Assembly (NCBI GenBank): GCA_934771475.1
Contig: CAKVMD010000005.1
Coordinates: 1,328 to 65,327 of the forward strand
From: an uncultured Clostridia bacterium
GTDB lineage: Bacteria > Bacillota > Clostridia > Christensenellales > UBA1242
Length of the DNA: 64,000 bases
Reading direction: 5' to 3'
Numbering within the stretch: the stretch's first letter is position 1; each line of letters starts with the position of its first letter. The position numbers were made by a program, and so were the translations under genes. Of the stretch, positions 36,544 to 46,417 are shown in pieces. Below the pieces are notes generated by a model. It did no database searches. It was not told the DNA's origin and saw only the letters and a program-made list of their open reading frames with translations.

Positions 36544-37224
36544 ATGAAAAAATACTGTGAAAAAATAATTTTAATTTTGATATTAACTATTAATATAGTG
36601 GGGCTGTTTTTAGTTCTTTTTAATAGTGAGCCTTCCATAAACGAAATTTATGCTCAAAATATACAAAAAGTTGTTGAGATAAAAGTGGATTTTGACGGAG
36701 TTGTCGCCTATGGAACTGGTGCGGTTGTTAAGAGCGATGGGACTATATTGACAAATAGGCATGTTGTTCAAAAAAGTACTTCATTAGAGGTGGCTAACCA
36801 TGTTTATGTTCGTTTTGTAAATGATGAAAATTACCGCGAGGCACAAATATTGAAAATTTCAGAAAAAGATGATTTGGCACTTTTGAAAATAGATGCGAAA
36901 TGTCAATCGTTTAGCATTAAGGCAAAATGGAATGTCGGTCAAATAGTTTATACTATTGGCAATCCAAGCAATTTTGGTTTAAGTTTTTCATCTGGCGTAA
37001 TTTCAAGTGAAGTGCGAAATGTCGTATTAAAAGAAATAAGTCGTAGAGTTATGCAGATTAGTATGGTGGCTAACGAGGGTAATAGCGGAGGCCCCATCTT
37101 CAACGAGTTTGGAGAGCTTTTGGGCATTGTGAGTTTTAGGGTAAGAGATAATAGTGGAGATATTATTCAAGGAATAGTGTTTGCCGTGCCAAGTGATAGC
37201 ATCATTGATTTTTTAATTTTTTAA
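36544..37224 (+). CDS. Membrane-anchored trypsin-like serine protease (S1 family, no PDZ domain)
   Basis: It has an N-terminal TM and a catalytic triad context: TNRHVV (His), DDLALLKI (Asp), GNSGGPIFN (Ser). Confidence 0.8.
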   Translation: MKKYCEKIILILILTINIVGLFLVLFNSEPSINEIYAQNIQKVVEIKVDFDGVVAYGTGAVVKSDGTILTNRHVVQKSTSLEVANHVYVRFVNDENYREAQILKISEKDDLALLKIDAKCQSFSIKAKWNVGQIVYTIGNPSNFGLSFSSGVISSEVRNVVLKEISRRVMQISMVANEGNSGGPIFNEFGELLGIVSFRVRDNSGDIIQGIVFAVPSDSIIDFLIF

Positions 37225-37241
37225 ATTCTTCCAAAAATTTC

Positions 37242-37270
37242 TTGACAACGAGGACGCGGTTTGTTATAAT
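37242..37270 (+). promoter_or_regulatory. Consensus sigma-A promoter of the rpsL operon
   Basis: TTGACA (37242-47), a 17-nt spacer, then TGtTATAAT (extended -10, 37262-70). Confidence 0.8.
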
Positions 37271-37276
37271 ATGCCC

Positions 37277-37521
37277 GTATGCTTCGTTGTCGGAGGCAAT
37301 GCTTGGAATTTCCAACCTCGCATAAACAAACAACAGGTGTTCTTGCTGGAACAAGATATGCCGATTTGCTTAAAAGCAAAGTTACCTAAGAAAGGTAATC
37401 GTGTTGTTCATGTTTTACTAGAAATAAGCATTTTTATGTGCGACAACGCCTGCAAGGATTGTCGCATTTTTTAATCGACAAAAGAATTTCTGCTTATAGA
37501 GCAGTTAAAAGGGGAAATGAT
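37277..37521 (+). promoter_or_regulatory. Long structured 5' leader of rpsL containing an intrinsic terminator (candidate attenuator)
   Basis: About 245 nt lie between the -10 box and the rpsL ATG. Several local hairpins are present. The terminator at 37439-37472 and an upstream 8-nt exact complement (37285-92) to its 5' arm fit an attenuator. Confidence 0.45.
37439..37472 (+). terminator. Intrinsic terminator inside the rpsL leader
   Basis: Stem tgcgacaa/ttgtcgca (37439-46 / 37459-66) with an inner cct/agg extension, then T6 (37467-72). It lies 50 nt upstream of the rpsL ATG. Confidence 0.65.
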
Positions 37522-37902
37522 ATGCCTACAATAAACCAACTTGTTAGAAAAGGAAGAGAAACTTTCGAGAAGAAGAGCAAAGCGCCACTTCTTGACGAGT
37601 GCCCTCAAAAGAGAGGTGTTTGCCTTGTTGTTAGAACTGCAACACCTAAAAAGCCTAACTCAGCTCTTAGAAAAATTGCCAGAGTTAAACTTTCTAACGG
37701 AACAGAAGGAACTTGCTACATTCCTGGTGTTGGACACAACCTTCAAGAGCACAGTGTTGTTCTTGTTCGTGGCGGAAGAGTTAAGGATATCCCTGGTGTT
37801 AGATATCACATCGTAAGAGGTACTCTTGATACAGCCGGCGTTCAAAACAGAAAACAAAGCCGTTCTAAATATGGTGCTAAACGTCCAAAGAAAACTAAAT
37901 AA
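37522..37902 (+). CDS. rpsL: 30S ribosomal protein S12
   Basis: The sequence starts [13 protein letters not shown] and includes [13 protein letters not shown] 37522 follows aaaagggga. Confidence 0.98.
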   Translation: MPTINQLVRKGRETFEKKSKAPLLDECPQKRGVCLVVRTATPKKPNSALRKIARVKLSNGTEGTCYIPGVGHNLQEHSVVLVRGGRVKDIPGVRYHIVRGTLDTAGVQNRKQSRSKYGAKRPKKTK

Positions 37903-37974
37903 TTAGGTTTGGAACAAATTTGCACAATTCGCCCCTTAGGGCAACAATGATATTAACAAAAGGAGAATAATAAT

Positions 37975-38448
37975 ATGCCAAGAAGAAATAGTGCAGTTAA
38001 AAGAGATGTTCTTCCTGATCCAATCTATTCAAGCAAAGTTGTTACCAAACTTGTTAACCAAATTATGGAGTCTGGTAAAAAAGGACTTGCTCAAAGAATA
38101 GTTTATGGTGCTTTTGACATCATTAAAGAAAAAATGGACCAAGATCCAATGGAAGTTTTCACAACTGCTATCGAAAATGTTAAGCCTGTGCTTGAAACAA
38201 AATCTAGAAGAGTTGGTGGTGCAACCTACCAAGTTCCTATGGAAATTCGCCCAGAACGCAGACAAACTCTTGCCATCAGATGGATGGTTGACTTCGCAAG
38301 AAAGAGAAGCGGAGAAAGAGGAATGGATGCTAAACTTGCTGGCGAAATCATGGACGCTTACAACTCAACTGGTGCTTCTATCAAAAGAAGAGATGAAATG
38401 CACAGAATGGCAGAAGCAAACAAGGCTTTCGCACACTTCAAGTGGTAA
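37975..38448 (+). CDS. rpsG: 30S ribosomal protein S7
   Basis: The sequence starts MPRR and continues ...R.VLPDP.Y.S..V.K..N..M..GKK..A, ending with ANKAFAH..W. Confidence 0.98.
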   Translation: MPRRNSAVKRDVLPDPIYSSKVVTKLVNQIMESGKKGLAQRIVYGAFDIIKEKMDQDPMEVFTTAIENVKPVLETKSRRVGGATYQVPMEIRPERRQTLAIRWMVDFARKRSGERGMDAKLAGEIMDAYNSTGASIKRRDEMHRMAEANKAFAHFKW

Positions 38449-38591
38449 TCATTTGAATATTCACGCGCAAACAATTATGTCTATTTATTTAAAAATATGT
38501 TCATTATTCATTGTGCGTTTAAGGGGCTTGCCCCATAAGAAAATTCGTGGGCAAACATGAGTTTTCGTTAAATTAATTAAGGAGAAAAATT

Positions 38592-40664
38592 ATGGCTAAT
38601 AATCTAGAAATGACTAGAAACGTTGGTATCATGGCTCACATCGATGCTGGTAAGACAACCACAACAGAAAGAATTCTTTTCTATACTGGTAAAAGCCACA
38701 AAATCGGCGAAGTTCATGACGGCGCTGCAACCATGGACTGGATGGAACAAGAGCAAGAAAGAGGTATTACAATCACTTCTGCTTGTACTACTTGTTTCTG
38801 GAAAGACCACAAAATCAACATCATTGATACCCCAGGACACGTTGACTTCACTGTTGAAGTAGAACGTTCTCTTAAAGTTCTCGATGGTGCTGTGCTTGTT
38901 TTGTCTGCTCGTGATAAGGTTCAACCTCAAACTGAAACAGTTTGGCGTCAAGCAAACAAATACAAAGTTCCAACAATCATTTATGTAAACAAGATGGATA
39001 GAGATGCTGCCGACTTTTTTGGCTGTGTAGAGTCTATCGAACGCAGACTTAAAACAAAAGCTCTTCCTATTCAAATGCCTATCGGAGAGGCTGAGACATT
39101 CTCTGGAATTATCGACCTTCTTACAATGAAAGCCGAAATCTATAAGGACGACCTTGGAAAGGAAATCGAAATCACTGATATCCCTGCCGAACTTAAAGAT
39201 AAAGCACAAAAGGCACACGATGAAATGATTGAAAAAATCGTTGAAACAGACGATGACCTTCTTGAAAGATACTTTGGTGGAGAGGAAATCTCTATTGAAG
39301 AACTCAAAAAGGCAATCAGAAAAGCAACTATTAACAAGACATTTGTTCCTGTTCTTTGCGGTTCTTCTTACAAGAACAAAGGTGTTCAAATGCTTCTTGA
39401 TGCTATGGTTGACTATCTTCCAAGCCCACTTGATATTGACCACATCACTGGAATCAACCCAGACACTGGCGAGACTGAAACTCGTGCTCCTGATGCAAAT
39501 CAACCTCTTGCAGGTCTTGCATTCAAAATTATGACTGACCCATTTGTTGGTGGACTTACTTTCTTCCGTGTTTATTCTGGAAAACTCACTGCTGGAAGTT
39601 ATGTTTACAACTCAAACACAGGCAAAACTGAAAGAGTTGGTCGTCTTATCCGTATGCACGCTAACACTCGTCAAGAAATCACTGAGGTGGAAGCAGGTGA
39701 TATTGCCGCTATCGTAGGACTTAAAGATACAATCACTGGACACACTCTTTGTGATGAAAAACACCCAATTCAACTTGAAAGTATGGAATTCCCAGAACCA
39801 GTTATTCAACTTGCTATCGAACCTAAAACAAAAGATATGCAAGAAAAAATGGCTCTCGCTCTTGCAAAACTTTCAAGAGAAGACCCTTCATTCAGAGTTT
39901 CAACAAACCAAGAAACTGGACAAACCCTTATCGCTGGTATGGGCGAACTTCACCTTGAAATTATTGTAGACAGACTTTTAAGAGAATTCAAAGTTGAAGC
40001 AACTGTTGGTAAACCACAAGTTTCTTACCGTGAAGCAATTAAGAAAGCGGTTAGAGCAGAAGGTAAATTCATTCGTCAAAGCGGTGGTAAAGGTCAATAT
40101 GGACACTGCGTTATTGAAATGGAACCACTTCCAGCTGGTAGCGGTTATGAATTTATTGATAAAACTGTTGGTGGATCAGTTCCTAAGGAATATATCCAAC
40201 CTATCAATGTTGGTATCCAAGAGGCTCGTATGAATGGTGTCCTTGCTGGATATGAAACTGTTGATTTTAGAGTTACACTTGTTGATGGTTCTTACCACGA
40301 AGTCGACTCTTCTGAAATGGCATTCAAAATCGCCGGTTCTATGGCATTCCAAGAGGGTGCTAAGGCCGCTGACCCAGTAATTTTGGAACCTATTATGAAA
40401 GTATCAGTTGAAGTTCCTGATGAATACCTTGGAACAGTTATGGGTAACCTCACTTCTCGTCGTGGTATGCTTACAGGTAACGAATCATCTGCTGGAATTC
40501 AAATCGTTAACGCCGAAGTTCCACTTGCAGAAATGTTCGGTTATGCAACTGACCTTCGTTCACAAACACAAGGCAGAGGAAACTATGTAATGGAACCACT
40601 TCGTTACCAAGAAGTTCCTAAGTCCATTGCCAACCAAATCATTGGCGAAAGAGCATCTAGATAA
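38592..40664 (+). CDS. fusA: Elongation factor G
   Basis: Contains [28 protein letters not shown] and NKMDR. The length is 690 aa. Confidence 0.98.
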   Translation: MANNLEMTRNVGIMAHIDAGKTTTTERILFYTGKSHKIGEVHDGAATMDWMEQEQERGITITSACTTCFWKDHKINIIDTPGHVDFTVEVERSLKVLDGAVLVLSARDKVQPQTETVWRQANKYKVPTIIYVNKMDRDAADFFGCVESIERRLKTKALPIQMPIGEAETFSGIIDLLTMKAEIYKDDLGKEIEITDIPAELKDKAQKAHDEMIEKIVETDDDLLERYFGGEEISIEELKKAIRKATINKTFVPVLCGSSYKNKGVQMLLDAMVDYLPSPLDIDHITGINPDTGETETRAPDANQPLAGLAFKIMTDPFVGGLTFFRVYSGKLTAGSYVYNSNTGKTERVGRLIRMHANTRQEITEVEAGDIAAIVGLKDTITGHTLCDEKHPIQLESMEFPEPVIQLAIEPKTKDMQEKMALALAKLSREDPSFRVSTNQETGQTLIAGMGELHLEIIVDRLLREFKVEATVGKPQVSYREAIKKAVRAEGKFIRQSGGKGQYGHCVIEMEPLPAGSGYEFIDKTVGGSVPKEYIQPINVGIQEARMNGVLAGYETVDFRVTLVDGSYHEVDSSEMAFKIAGSMAFQEGAKAADPVILEPIMKVSVEVPDEYLGTVMGNLTSRRGMLTGNESSAGIQIVNAEVPLAEMFGYATDLRSQTQGRGNYVMEPLRYQEVPKSIANQIIGERASR

Positions 40665-40786
40665 CTCGTCTAGACAAATTCAAACTGTTTTTTCTCGAAA
40701 GGGGATAAATTCTTCCTCTTTCGGAGAGAAATAGCCCTTTATAGGGCAAAAATATTAATTCTAGATGAAAATCTTGCAAAATTGTT

Positions 40787-40814
40787 TTGACTTTGCAAAA
40801 AAATATGCTAGAAT
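40787..40814 (+). promoter_or_regulatory. Internal promoter for tuf
   Basis: TTGACT (40787-92), a 16-nt spacer, then TGcTAGAAT (40806-14), in the fusA-tuf spacer. Confidence 0.6.
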
Positions 40815-40848
40815 ACCATTAGTAAGTTTAAAAAAGGAGATTTTTAAA

Positions 40849-42036
40849 ATGGCAGAAGCTTATGTTAGATCTAAGCCACACGTAAATGTGGGAACAATCG
40901 GTCACGTTGACCACGGCAAAACTACTCTTACCGCCGCTATCACTATGCTTTACGGAACTCAAAAAATGAGATATGATGAAATCGATAAAGCACCTGAAGA
41001 AAGAGCAAGAGGAATCACAATCAACACTGCACACGTTGAATATGAATCAGAGCACAGACACTATGCTCACGTAGACTGCCCAGGACACGCTGACTACGTT
41101 AAAAACATGATTACTGGTGCCGCACAAATGGACGGAGCTATCCTCGTTGTTGCTGCAACTGATGGTCCAATGCCTCAAACAAGAGAGCACATCCTTCTTG
41201 CAAGACAAGTTGGTGTTCCATACATCGTTGTTTTCATGAACAAAACTGATCAAGTTGACGACCCTGAACTTCTTGAACTCGTAGAAATGGAAATCAGAGA
41301 CCTTCTTACTGAGTACGGATTCCCAGGAGACACAACTCCAATCATCAAAGGTTCAGCACTCAAAGCTCTTGAAGCTGCTCAAGCTGGAAATGTAAATGAC
41401 CCTGCTTGCGACTGCATCAGACAACTTGTTGACGCTCTTGATTCTTATATCCCAGAGCCAGCAAGAGAAACTGACAAACCTTTCCTTATGCCTGTTGAAG
41501 ACGTTTTCACAATCACTGGTCGTGGAACTGTTGCAACTGGTAGAGTTGAAAGAGGACAAGTTAAAGTTGGTGATACAGTTGAAATCGTTGGTCTTGGCGA
41601 AAGCAAACAAACAGTAGTTACTGGTGTGGAAATGTTCCACAAGTCTCTTGACGCTGCAATCGCAGGAGATAACGCTGGTCTTCTTCTTCGTGGTATCCAA
41701 AGATCAGATATCGAAAGAGGACAAGTTCTTTGCAAACCAGGTTCAATTCACCCACACACAAAATTCACTGCTGAAGTTTACGTTCTTAAGAAAGAAGAAG
41801 GTGGCCGTCATACTCCATTCTTCAATGGTTACAGACCACAATTCTATTTCAGAACAACAGACATCACTGGTGTTATCGAACTTGAAAAGGGCGTAGAAAT
41901 GGTTATGCCTGGCGACCACGTTAATATGACAATCACTCTTATTAACCCAGTTGCTATCGAACAAGGACTTCGTTTCGCTATCCGTGAAGGTGGCAGAACA
42001 GTTGGTTCTGGTGTTGTTTCTACAATCATCGAGTAA
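40849..42036 (+). CDS. tuf: Elongation factor Tu
   Basis: [32 protein letters not shown]..., 395 aa. ATG 40849 follows aaaaaggag. The ORF-track start at 40765 is an upstream in-frame artefact. Confidence 0.98.
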   Translation: MAEAYVRSKPHVNVGTIGHVDHGKTTLTAAITMLYGTQKMRYDEIDKAPEERARGITINTAHVEYESEHRHYAHVDCPGHADYVKNMITGAAQMDGAILVVAATDGPMPQTREHILLARQVGVPYIVVFMNKTDQVDDPELLELVEMEIRDLLTEYGFPGDTTPIIKGSALKALEAAQAGNVNDPACDCIRQLVDALDSYIPEPARETDKPFLMPVEDVFTITGRGTVATGRVERGQVKVGDTVEIVGLGESKQTVVTGVEMFHKSLDAAIAGDNAGLLLRGIQRSDIERGQVLCKPGSIHPHTKFTAEVYVLKKEEGGRHTPFFNGYRPQFYFRTTDITGVIELEKGVEMVMPGDHVNMTITLINPVAIEQGLRFAIREGGRTVGSGVVSTIIE

Positions 42037-42051
42037 TCTAAATAGAAAAAC

Positions 42052-42085
42052 AAAAAGAACAAACAAATTGTTTGTTCTTTTTTTG
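42052..42085 (+). terminator. Intrinsic terminator after tuf
   Basis: Stem gaacaaaca/tgtttgttc (42057-65 / 42069-77) followed by T7. Confidence 0.85.
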
Positions 42086-42308
42086 TCGTTTTGTTTTCTT
42101 TTACTTTCATCCAAGTGCCTTTTGGGAGATTAGGGAAATATACCTTTATTAAAAAGGCTTAAAGATAAGATTTAAAGGAATAATAAAAAACAAGATTAAA
42201 AGGAATAATTAAAAACAAGCCAAATTAAGTGAATTTGCTGTTCATTTAAAAGGGCTTGTTTTTTTGATTTAAATGATGGCGCGATGCTTTTTTGTTGTTA
42301 AGAACCTA

Positions 42309-42623
42309 TTATTTTAACTTTTTCATAAGTTCGACAATGGTTTTCTTACTTTCGGGAGATAATGCACTATAAAGTTCAAGAATATTTTTATCTTCTTTGT
42401 TATAGTTTTCACCTAGATAGAAAAAGTCTTGTGGAGTTATGCCTACTATTTCACAAAAATCAAGTAAGGTTTTTACTTTAAGTTCTATGCTTTTGTTTTC
42501 AATCGTTTTCATAAATTGAGGATTGTATCCCAATCTTGCGCTTGTTTCTCTTAATGATAAGTTGGCATTCGTTCTAAAATATCCTATTCGATTTATAATC
42601 TCATCGTAATTTATTTCTTTCAT
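42309..42623 (-). CDS. XRE-family helix-turn-helix transcriptional regulator
   Basis: 104 aa. The HTH_3 pattern is present (R....LS.RE.S..LGY....M..IE). Confidence 0.8.
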   Translation of the reverse strand: MKEINYDEIINRIGYFRTNANLSLRETSARLGYNPQFMKTIENKSIELKVKTLLDFCEIVGITPQDFFYLGENYNKEDKNILELYSALSPESKKTIVELMKKLK

Positions 42624-42813
42624 TGCTGGCTCCTAGTTATATTTTAGGATAAGTTGTTAGATTTAATGCGTGAGTGATTACACTAAATAAATCAAAAAAG
42701 TATATAAATGAGTTGACTATTAACTCGTTTTTGGCAAAATGGGTTAATGGTAGTCTCACGGGGAAATAACGATTGTAAAATGTCTACTCAATAACCAATG
42801 AAAAAATCTCATA

Positions 42814-42842
42814 TTGACAATTTTGTCGAATAATAGTATAAT
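42814..42842 (+). promoter_or_regulatory. Consensus sigma-A promoter for the WG-repeat gene, with a 0A-box-like heptamer in the spacer
   Basis: TTGACA (42814-19), a 17-nt spacer, then TATAAT (42837-42). TGTCGAA at 42824-30 matches the Spo0A box TGNCGAA. Confidence 0.65.
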
Positions 42843-42872
42843 GTTGTTAGACAAACACAAGGTGAGGGATAT

Positions 42873-43709
42873 ATGGAATTACAAGATTTGCAACAAAATA
42901 ATTTAAAAGAACTTGAAGGGCGCGTTGCAGGAGAATATGAAAAAATTGTTTCTTGTGCAGACCATGTGCTTTTGGTTGAGCGCAATCCACAAGAATTTCA
43001 ATATGTAGGTAAAAAATGGGAGAGTGGAATTTTGGCAAAAGCAAATCCATTTTCTTATGGTTTGGGTCTTGCTAAAAGGACTGAGGGCAGAGGCTTTGTT
43101 TTTTTCGATAAGCGAGGAAAAGAAAGCGAAGAATTTTATTATGCAGATGATTATCACGGGAAAGTTGCGCTTGTCCAACCTACAAAAAATGGCGCTTACT
43201 ATTTTAGAAGCCCAAAAGGCGACCTTTCTTCTCCTATGGAAATGGCTGGTTCATACAGTGATGGTTACTATGTAGTAAAATTGCCAAGTGAAAATTGTTA
43301 CAGATTTGCAAATGCAGATGGTGAAATTAGCGTAGATTCTTTTGCACAAGCGAATGGCTTTAATGGTGGTTTTGCACTTGTATGCACAGAAGGGGTTGTT
43401 GAGCCTTATTATCGCGATATGCTGGGTCGTCTCAGTGAAAAAGAAACAAAATCTGGAAGAGATTTCTATCTTTTTGTCAATGGCTTATTGAAATTAAATG
43501 AACTTAATGACAAATACTTTGAAGATGAAGATTTTGCTCGTGGCGTGATTGAGTTTGTTAAAAGAAAAACCGCTTGTTATTATAGGGAAGCGATAGAGCG
43601 CAAGGATAAACAAGAAGTGCTTGCAGAGTGTCGCGAAGCTTTTTCTTATGTCATTCAACGCTCACCTTATCTTGGATTTTGCGACCTTATAATCAATCCA
43701 GAAAGATAA
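42873..43709 (+). CDS. WG-repeat (KWG-like) containing protein
   Basis: 278 aa with repeated motifs of the type ...W..I.....F..GLA.V...GK.GFID..G of WG-containing repeat proteins (GKKWESGIL...FSYGLGLAKR.EGRGFVFFDKRGKE; DDYHGKVALV...GAYYF). Confidence 0.6.
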   Translation: MELQDLQQNNLKELEGRVAGEYEKIVSCADHVLLVERNPQEFQYVGKKWESGILAKANPFSYGLGLAKRTEGRGFVFFDKRGKESEEFYYADDYHGKVALVQPTKNGAYYFRSPKGDLSSPMEMAGSYSDGYYVVKLPSENCYRFANADGEISVDSFAQANGFNGGFALVCTEGVVEPYYRDMLGRLSEKETKSGRDFYLFVNGLLKLNELNDKYFEDEDFARGVIEFVKRKTACYYREAIERKDKQEVLAECREAFSYVIQRSPYLGFCDLIINPER

Positions 43710-43804
43710 ATTAATAAATTTCGCACAAAAATTACTATAAAAGGGGTAAATACCCTTTTTATTTTTCTTAAATTATGTTAAAATGATTACACTTGGAGGA
43801 GAAT

Positions 43805-44170
43805 ATGGGATTCTGGGGAGGAATTTTTAAGGCTCTTGGGTTTGAAGGTGATAAAAAGGTTAAGAGTAAGTCTGTCAAACCAAAGGCTACATATAATCTT
43901 AATGAAGAGGGACAAACGCGTCCAGACGAAATAGACGGAGTGCCTGTTTATTATCCAGAAAACACTGAACAGGCAAAAGAATTTTCTATTTTTGTTAAAA
44001 AGGACAAGGCGATTATAATTTCACTTGATTCATGTACGCGTGAGCTTGGCAAAGAAGTCCTTGCTTTTTTAAAAGGATTTTGCCACGGTGCTGACGCGAA
44101 AATGGTCTCTTTAAGAGATGATGAGGGGTTATATCTAATTTTGCCAAAAGGAGTTGAAATTGAAGAATAA
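43805..44170 (+). CDS. sepF: Cell division protein SepF
   Basis: The C-terminal domain pattern is P.N.EQAKEF......K.AIIISLD....ELGKEVLAFLKG...G...K.V.......LILPKGVEI. The sepF-lspA-rluD neighbourhood is conserved. ATG 43805 follows ggagga. Confidence 0.7.
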   Translation: MGFWGGIFKALGFEGDKKVKSKSVKPKATYNLNEEGQTRPDEIDGVPVYYPENTEQAKEFSIFVKKDKAIIISLDSCTRELGKEVLAFLKGFCHGADAKMVSLRDDEGLYLILPKGVEIEE

Positions 44171-44741
44171 AAGACTTTTTTGGAATATTTTTCTTTGTGG
44201 AGTTTTGACGATTGTGGCTTTGACGCTTGACCTCGTGATAAAGGCTGTAATGTTTAAAAAACTTCCAAATGAAGGCGACAGCATGGACGGAATTAACGGT
44301 TTTTTCAATTTTGTTCATGTTGAAAATGGTGGCGCCGGATATGGAGTTTTGAGTGGGAAGAGGTTTTTGCTTATTTCCATTTCAATCATTGTTCTTTCGG
44401 CGTACATTGTGTATTATGTCCTTGATGCCAAAAAGAACAAAAATAAAACGAGTTTCCTTTTGTCAACTTCGCTGGGACTAATCACTGGCGGGTGTTTAGG
44501 CAACCTTGTTGACCGCATTTTCATTGGTAAAGTAAGAGATTTTATACACTTGCAATTTATGACTTTCCCGGTTTTTAATATTGCTGACATTTGCCTTACC
44601 ATAGGCGTGATTTTGGCAATAATTTATTTCATTTTCATTTATCCACGAATAGAAAAGAAGCGTGCACAAGAAATAAAAGATAATTCATCTTCGCCAGCGG
44701 TTACAATTTCGTTGCCAGACGAAGAGAAAGAGGATAAATAA
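44154..44741 (+). CDS. lspA: Lipoprotein signal peptidase (signal peptidase II)
   Basis: GNLVDRI..G.VRDFI and FPVFNIAD motifs with four TM segments. It uses a TTG start that overlaps the sepF end. Confidence 0.9.
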   Translation: MKLKNKRLFWNIFLCGVLTIVALTLDLVIKAVMFKKLPNEGDSMDGINGFFNFVHVENGGAGYGVLSGKRFLLISISIIVLSAYIVYYVLDAKKNKNKTSFLLSTSLGLITGGCLGNLVDRIFIGKVRDFIHLQFMTFPVFNIADICLTIGVILAIIYFIFIYPRIEKKRAQEIKDNSSSPAVTISLPDEEKEDK

Positions 44742-45646
44742 TGCAGGGGCAATTTGTAATTGAAAAAGATGAGGTGGGGCAAAGACTCGACCTGATTTTT
44801 TCGTCTCATTATCCACAGTTGTCGCGCTCGCACATTAAAACTTTGATTGATGAAGGTAAAATCCTTTTAAATGGCAAAGTTGTAAAGAGTGGTGAAAAGG
44901 TTAAAGAGGGGGAAGTTGTCTCATTTGATTTCGAAGAAAACAAGCCTCTTGAAGCGAAGCCCCAGCAGGTTGATTTTGAAATTATTTATGAAGATGCCGA
45001 CTTGCTGGTCATCAATAAACCCCAAGGGCTGGTTGTTCATCCATGTTCATCTACAAAAGACGGAACGCTTGTAAACGGGCTCTTGTACGCTATCAAAGAT
45101 TTGAGTGGCATAAACGGGGTTTTGCGTCCTGGAATTGTGCATAGGCTTGACAAGAACACATCGGGGCTTATGCTGGTTGCAAAAAATGATTTTGCTCACA
45201 AAATTCTTGCCGAAGAAATAAAAAACAAGACTTGTCATCGCATTTATGTCGCTCTTTGTGAGGGTGAATTCAAAACAGATAGTGGCGTAATTGAAACCTT
45301 TATAGACAGGGATAAGAAAGACCGCAAAAAGATGGCCGTTTCTAGCACTGGCAAATGGGCGGTTACAGAATACAAAGTTCTTAAATATTACGAAGGCAAA
45401 ACACTGGTGGAATTTTCTCTCAAAACGGGGCGAACACATCAAATTCGAGTTCATTGCGCTCAGGTTTTGAAGCATCCAATAGTAGGGGATGATGTCTATG
45501 GAAAGGCAGAAAAGTCTCTTAAAGGGCAACTTCTTCATTCTAAGAAAATAGAGTTTGTTCACCCAAGGACGGGGCAAAACATGGCTTTTGAGGTTGATTT
45601 GCCAGATTACTTCAAAAAACAACTTGAAAAATTGAAAGAGGCGTAA
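44741..45646 (+). CDS. rluD: 23S rRNA pseudouridine synthase, RluD subfamily
   Basis: An S4 domain is followed by the catalytic HRLDKNTSGLM motif. The length is 301 aa. Confidence 0.9.
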   Translation: MQGQFVIEKDEVGQRLDLIFSSHYPQLSRSHIKTLIDEGKILLNGKVVKSGEKVKEGEVVSFDFEENKPLEAKPQQVDFEIIYEDADLLVINKPQGLVVHPCSSTKDGTLVNGLLYAIKDLSGINGVLRPGIVHRLDKNTSGLMLVAKNDFAHKILAEEIKNKTCHRIYVALCEGEFKTDSGVIETFIDRDKKDRKKMAVSSTGKWAVTEYKVLKYYEGKTLVEFSLKTGRTHQIRVHCAQVLKHPIVGDDVYGKAEKSLKGQLLHSKKIEFVHPRTGQNMAFEVDLPDYFKKQLEKLKEA

Positions 45647-45687
45647 AAAGAAGCACATTTTGCAAGGGCAAAATGTGCTTTTCTTTC
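45646..45687 (+). terminator. Intrinsic terminator after rluD
   Basis: 13-bp stem aagcacattttgc/gcaaaatgtgctt with loop aagg, then a T-rich run. A second GC hairpin, ggctttggc/gccaaagcc, follows at about 45703-45726. Confidence 0.8.
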
Positions 45688-45956
45688 GCCTAAGGCGAAA
45701 GGTAGGCTTTGGCTTAGGCGCCAAAGCCACTTTTTACGCGCATTCAGTTCAAAGTGTTTAGTGCGCATCAACTAGTTAACAAGGCTATTGTTATAAAACC
45801 TTTCCCTAAGAAAAATCACTTTTTACACCCCACAATAAAAATATCGCAAATTTTCAAGTCTTTTTTAAGCGCAAAAAAACACGGTTATTATTGGGCGCAA
45901 TTTTAAAACCTTTAATAAGGTAACGCTCATATAAAAACCGTGTTTTAAATAGTTGT

Positions 45957-46331
45957 TTATCCCATGAATTCGCGAAGTGTAACTTGTTTTTTCCTTCTCT
46001 CTATTTCAATAAGGTCGCTTATCATATCCCTTATTTTAAGTGGATTTTTAATTCTTCTTAAATGGAAAACTGGTGCATGGTCATCATTTGAAGTAATTTC
46101 AATAGTCCCAGTTCTAAAAAGTCTATCCCAAAATGAGATTTTTAGGCGCACATCTGTGCATCTGTAAACATTGATTTCGTCCACAACAGAGTGAACTAAA
46201 CCCTTGTGGCGGAAGAATTTAACCCATTCATCGCCCTTTTTTACGATATAATATCTGTAAAATGAAATTGGCATACCAAGATATCTTTTTCTATCTTGCC
46301 ATAACACTTGGCAATCGCTATCAAATTTCAT
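45957..46331 (-). CDS. Bacterial PH-domain (bPH_2-like) protein, 124 aa, paralog 1
   Basis: The pattern is MKFDSDCQVLW.DR.RY.GMPISF.RYY.V......V.FF.HKG......DE.N.YRC.D......F.TGT.EITSND...PVFHLR.IKNP. RBS is ggaggag. Confidence 0.6.
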   Translation of the reverse strand: MKFDSDCQVLWQDRKRYLGMPISFYRYYIVKKGDEWVKFFRHKGLVHSVVDEINVYRCTDVRLKISFWDRLFRTGTIEITSNDDHAPVFHLRRIKNPLKIRDMISDLIEIERRKKQVTLREFMG

Positions 46332-46417
46332 ATTTCTCCTCCAAATTTATGGTAATTTTAACATATTTTTGTTAGTTTGTAAATAGAAAAAGAGAAATAT
46401 AAAAAAAATCCAAACTG

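Noticed and set aside
37271-37474. 67-aa ORF in the rpsL upstream region
   Set aside because: It starts one nucleotide after the -10 box with no RBS and runs through the leader hairpins and terminator. I treat the region as a structured RNA leader instead.
38604-39503. 299-aa ORF antisense to fusA
   Set aside because: It is fully embedded in the unmistakable EF-G coding sequence and has no RBS. Its composition (Phe/Asn/Ser/Cys-rich) is the mirror of a highly expressed gene. It is a typical shadow ORF.
42169-42219. Imperfect tandem direct repeat (gatttaaaggaataataaaaaacaa / gattaaaaggaataattaaaaacaag)
   Set aside because: There are only two AT-rich copies in a spacer between the tuf terminator and the XRE gene end. 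No associated feature is present, so the evidence is insufficient.
45047-45730. 227-aa ORF antisense to rluD
   Set aside because: It is a shadow ORF inside a well-supported pseudouridine synthase gene. It has no RBS and runs through the rluD terminator.
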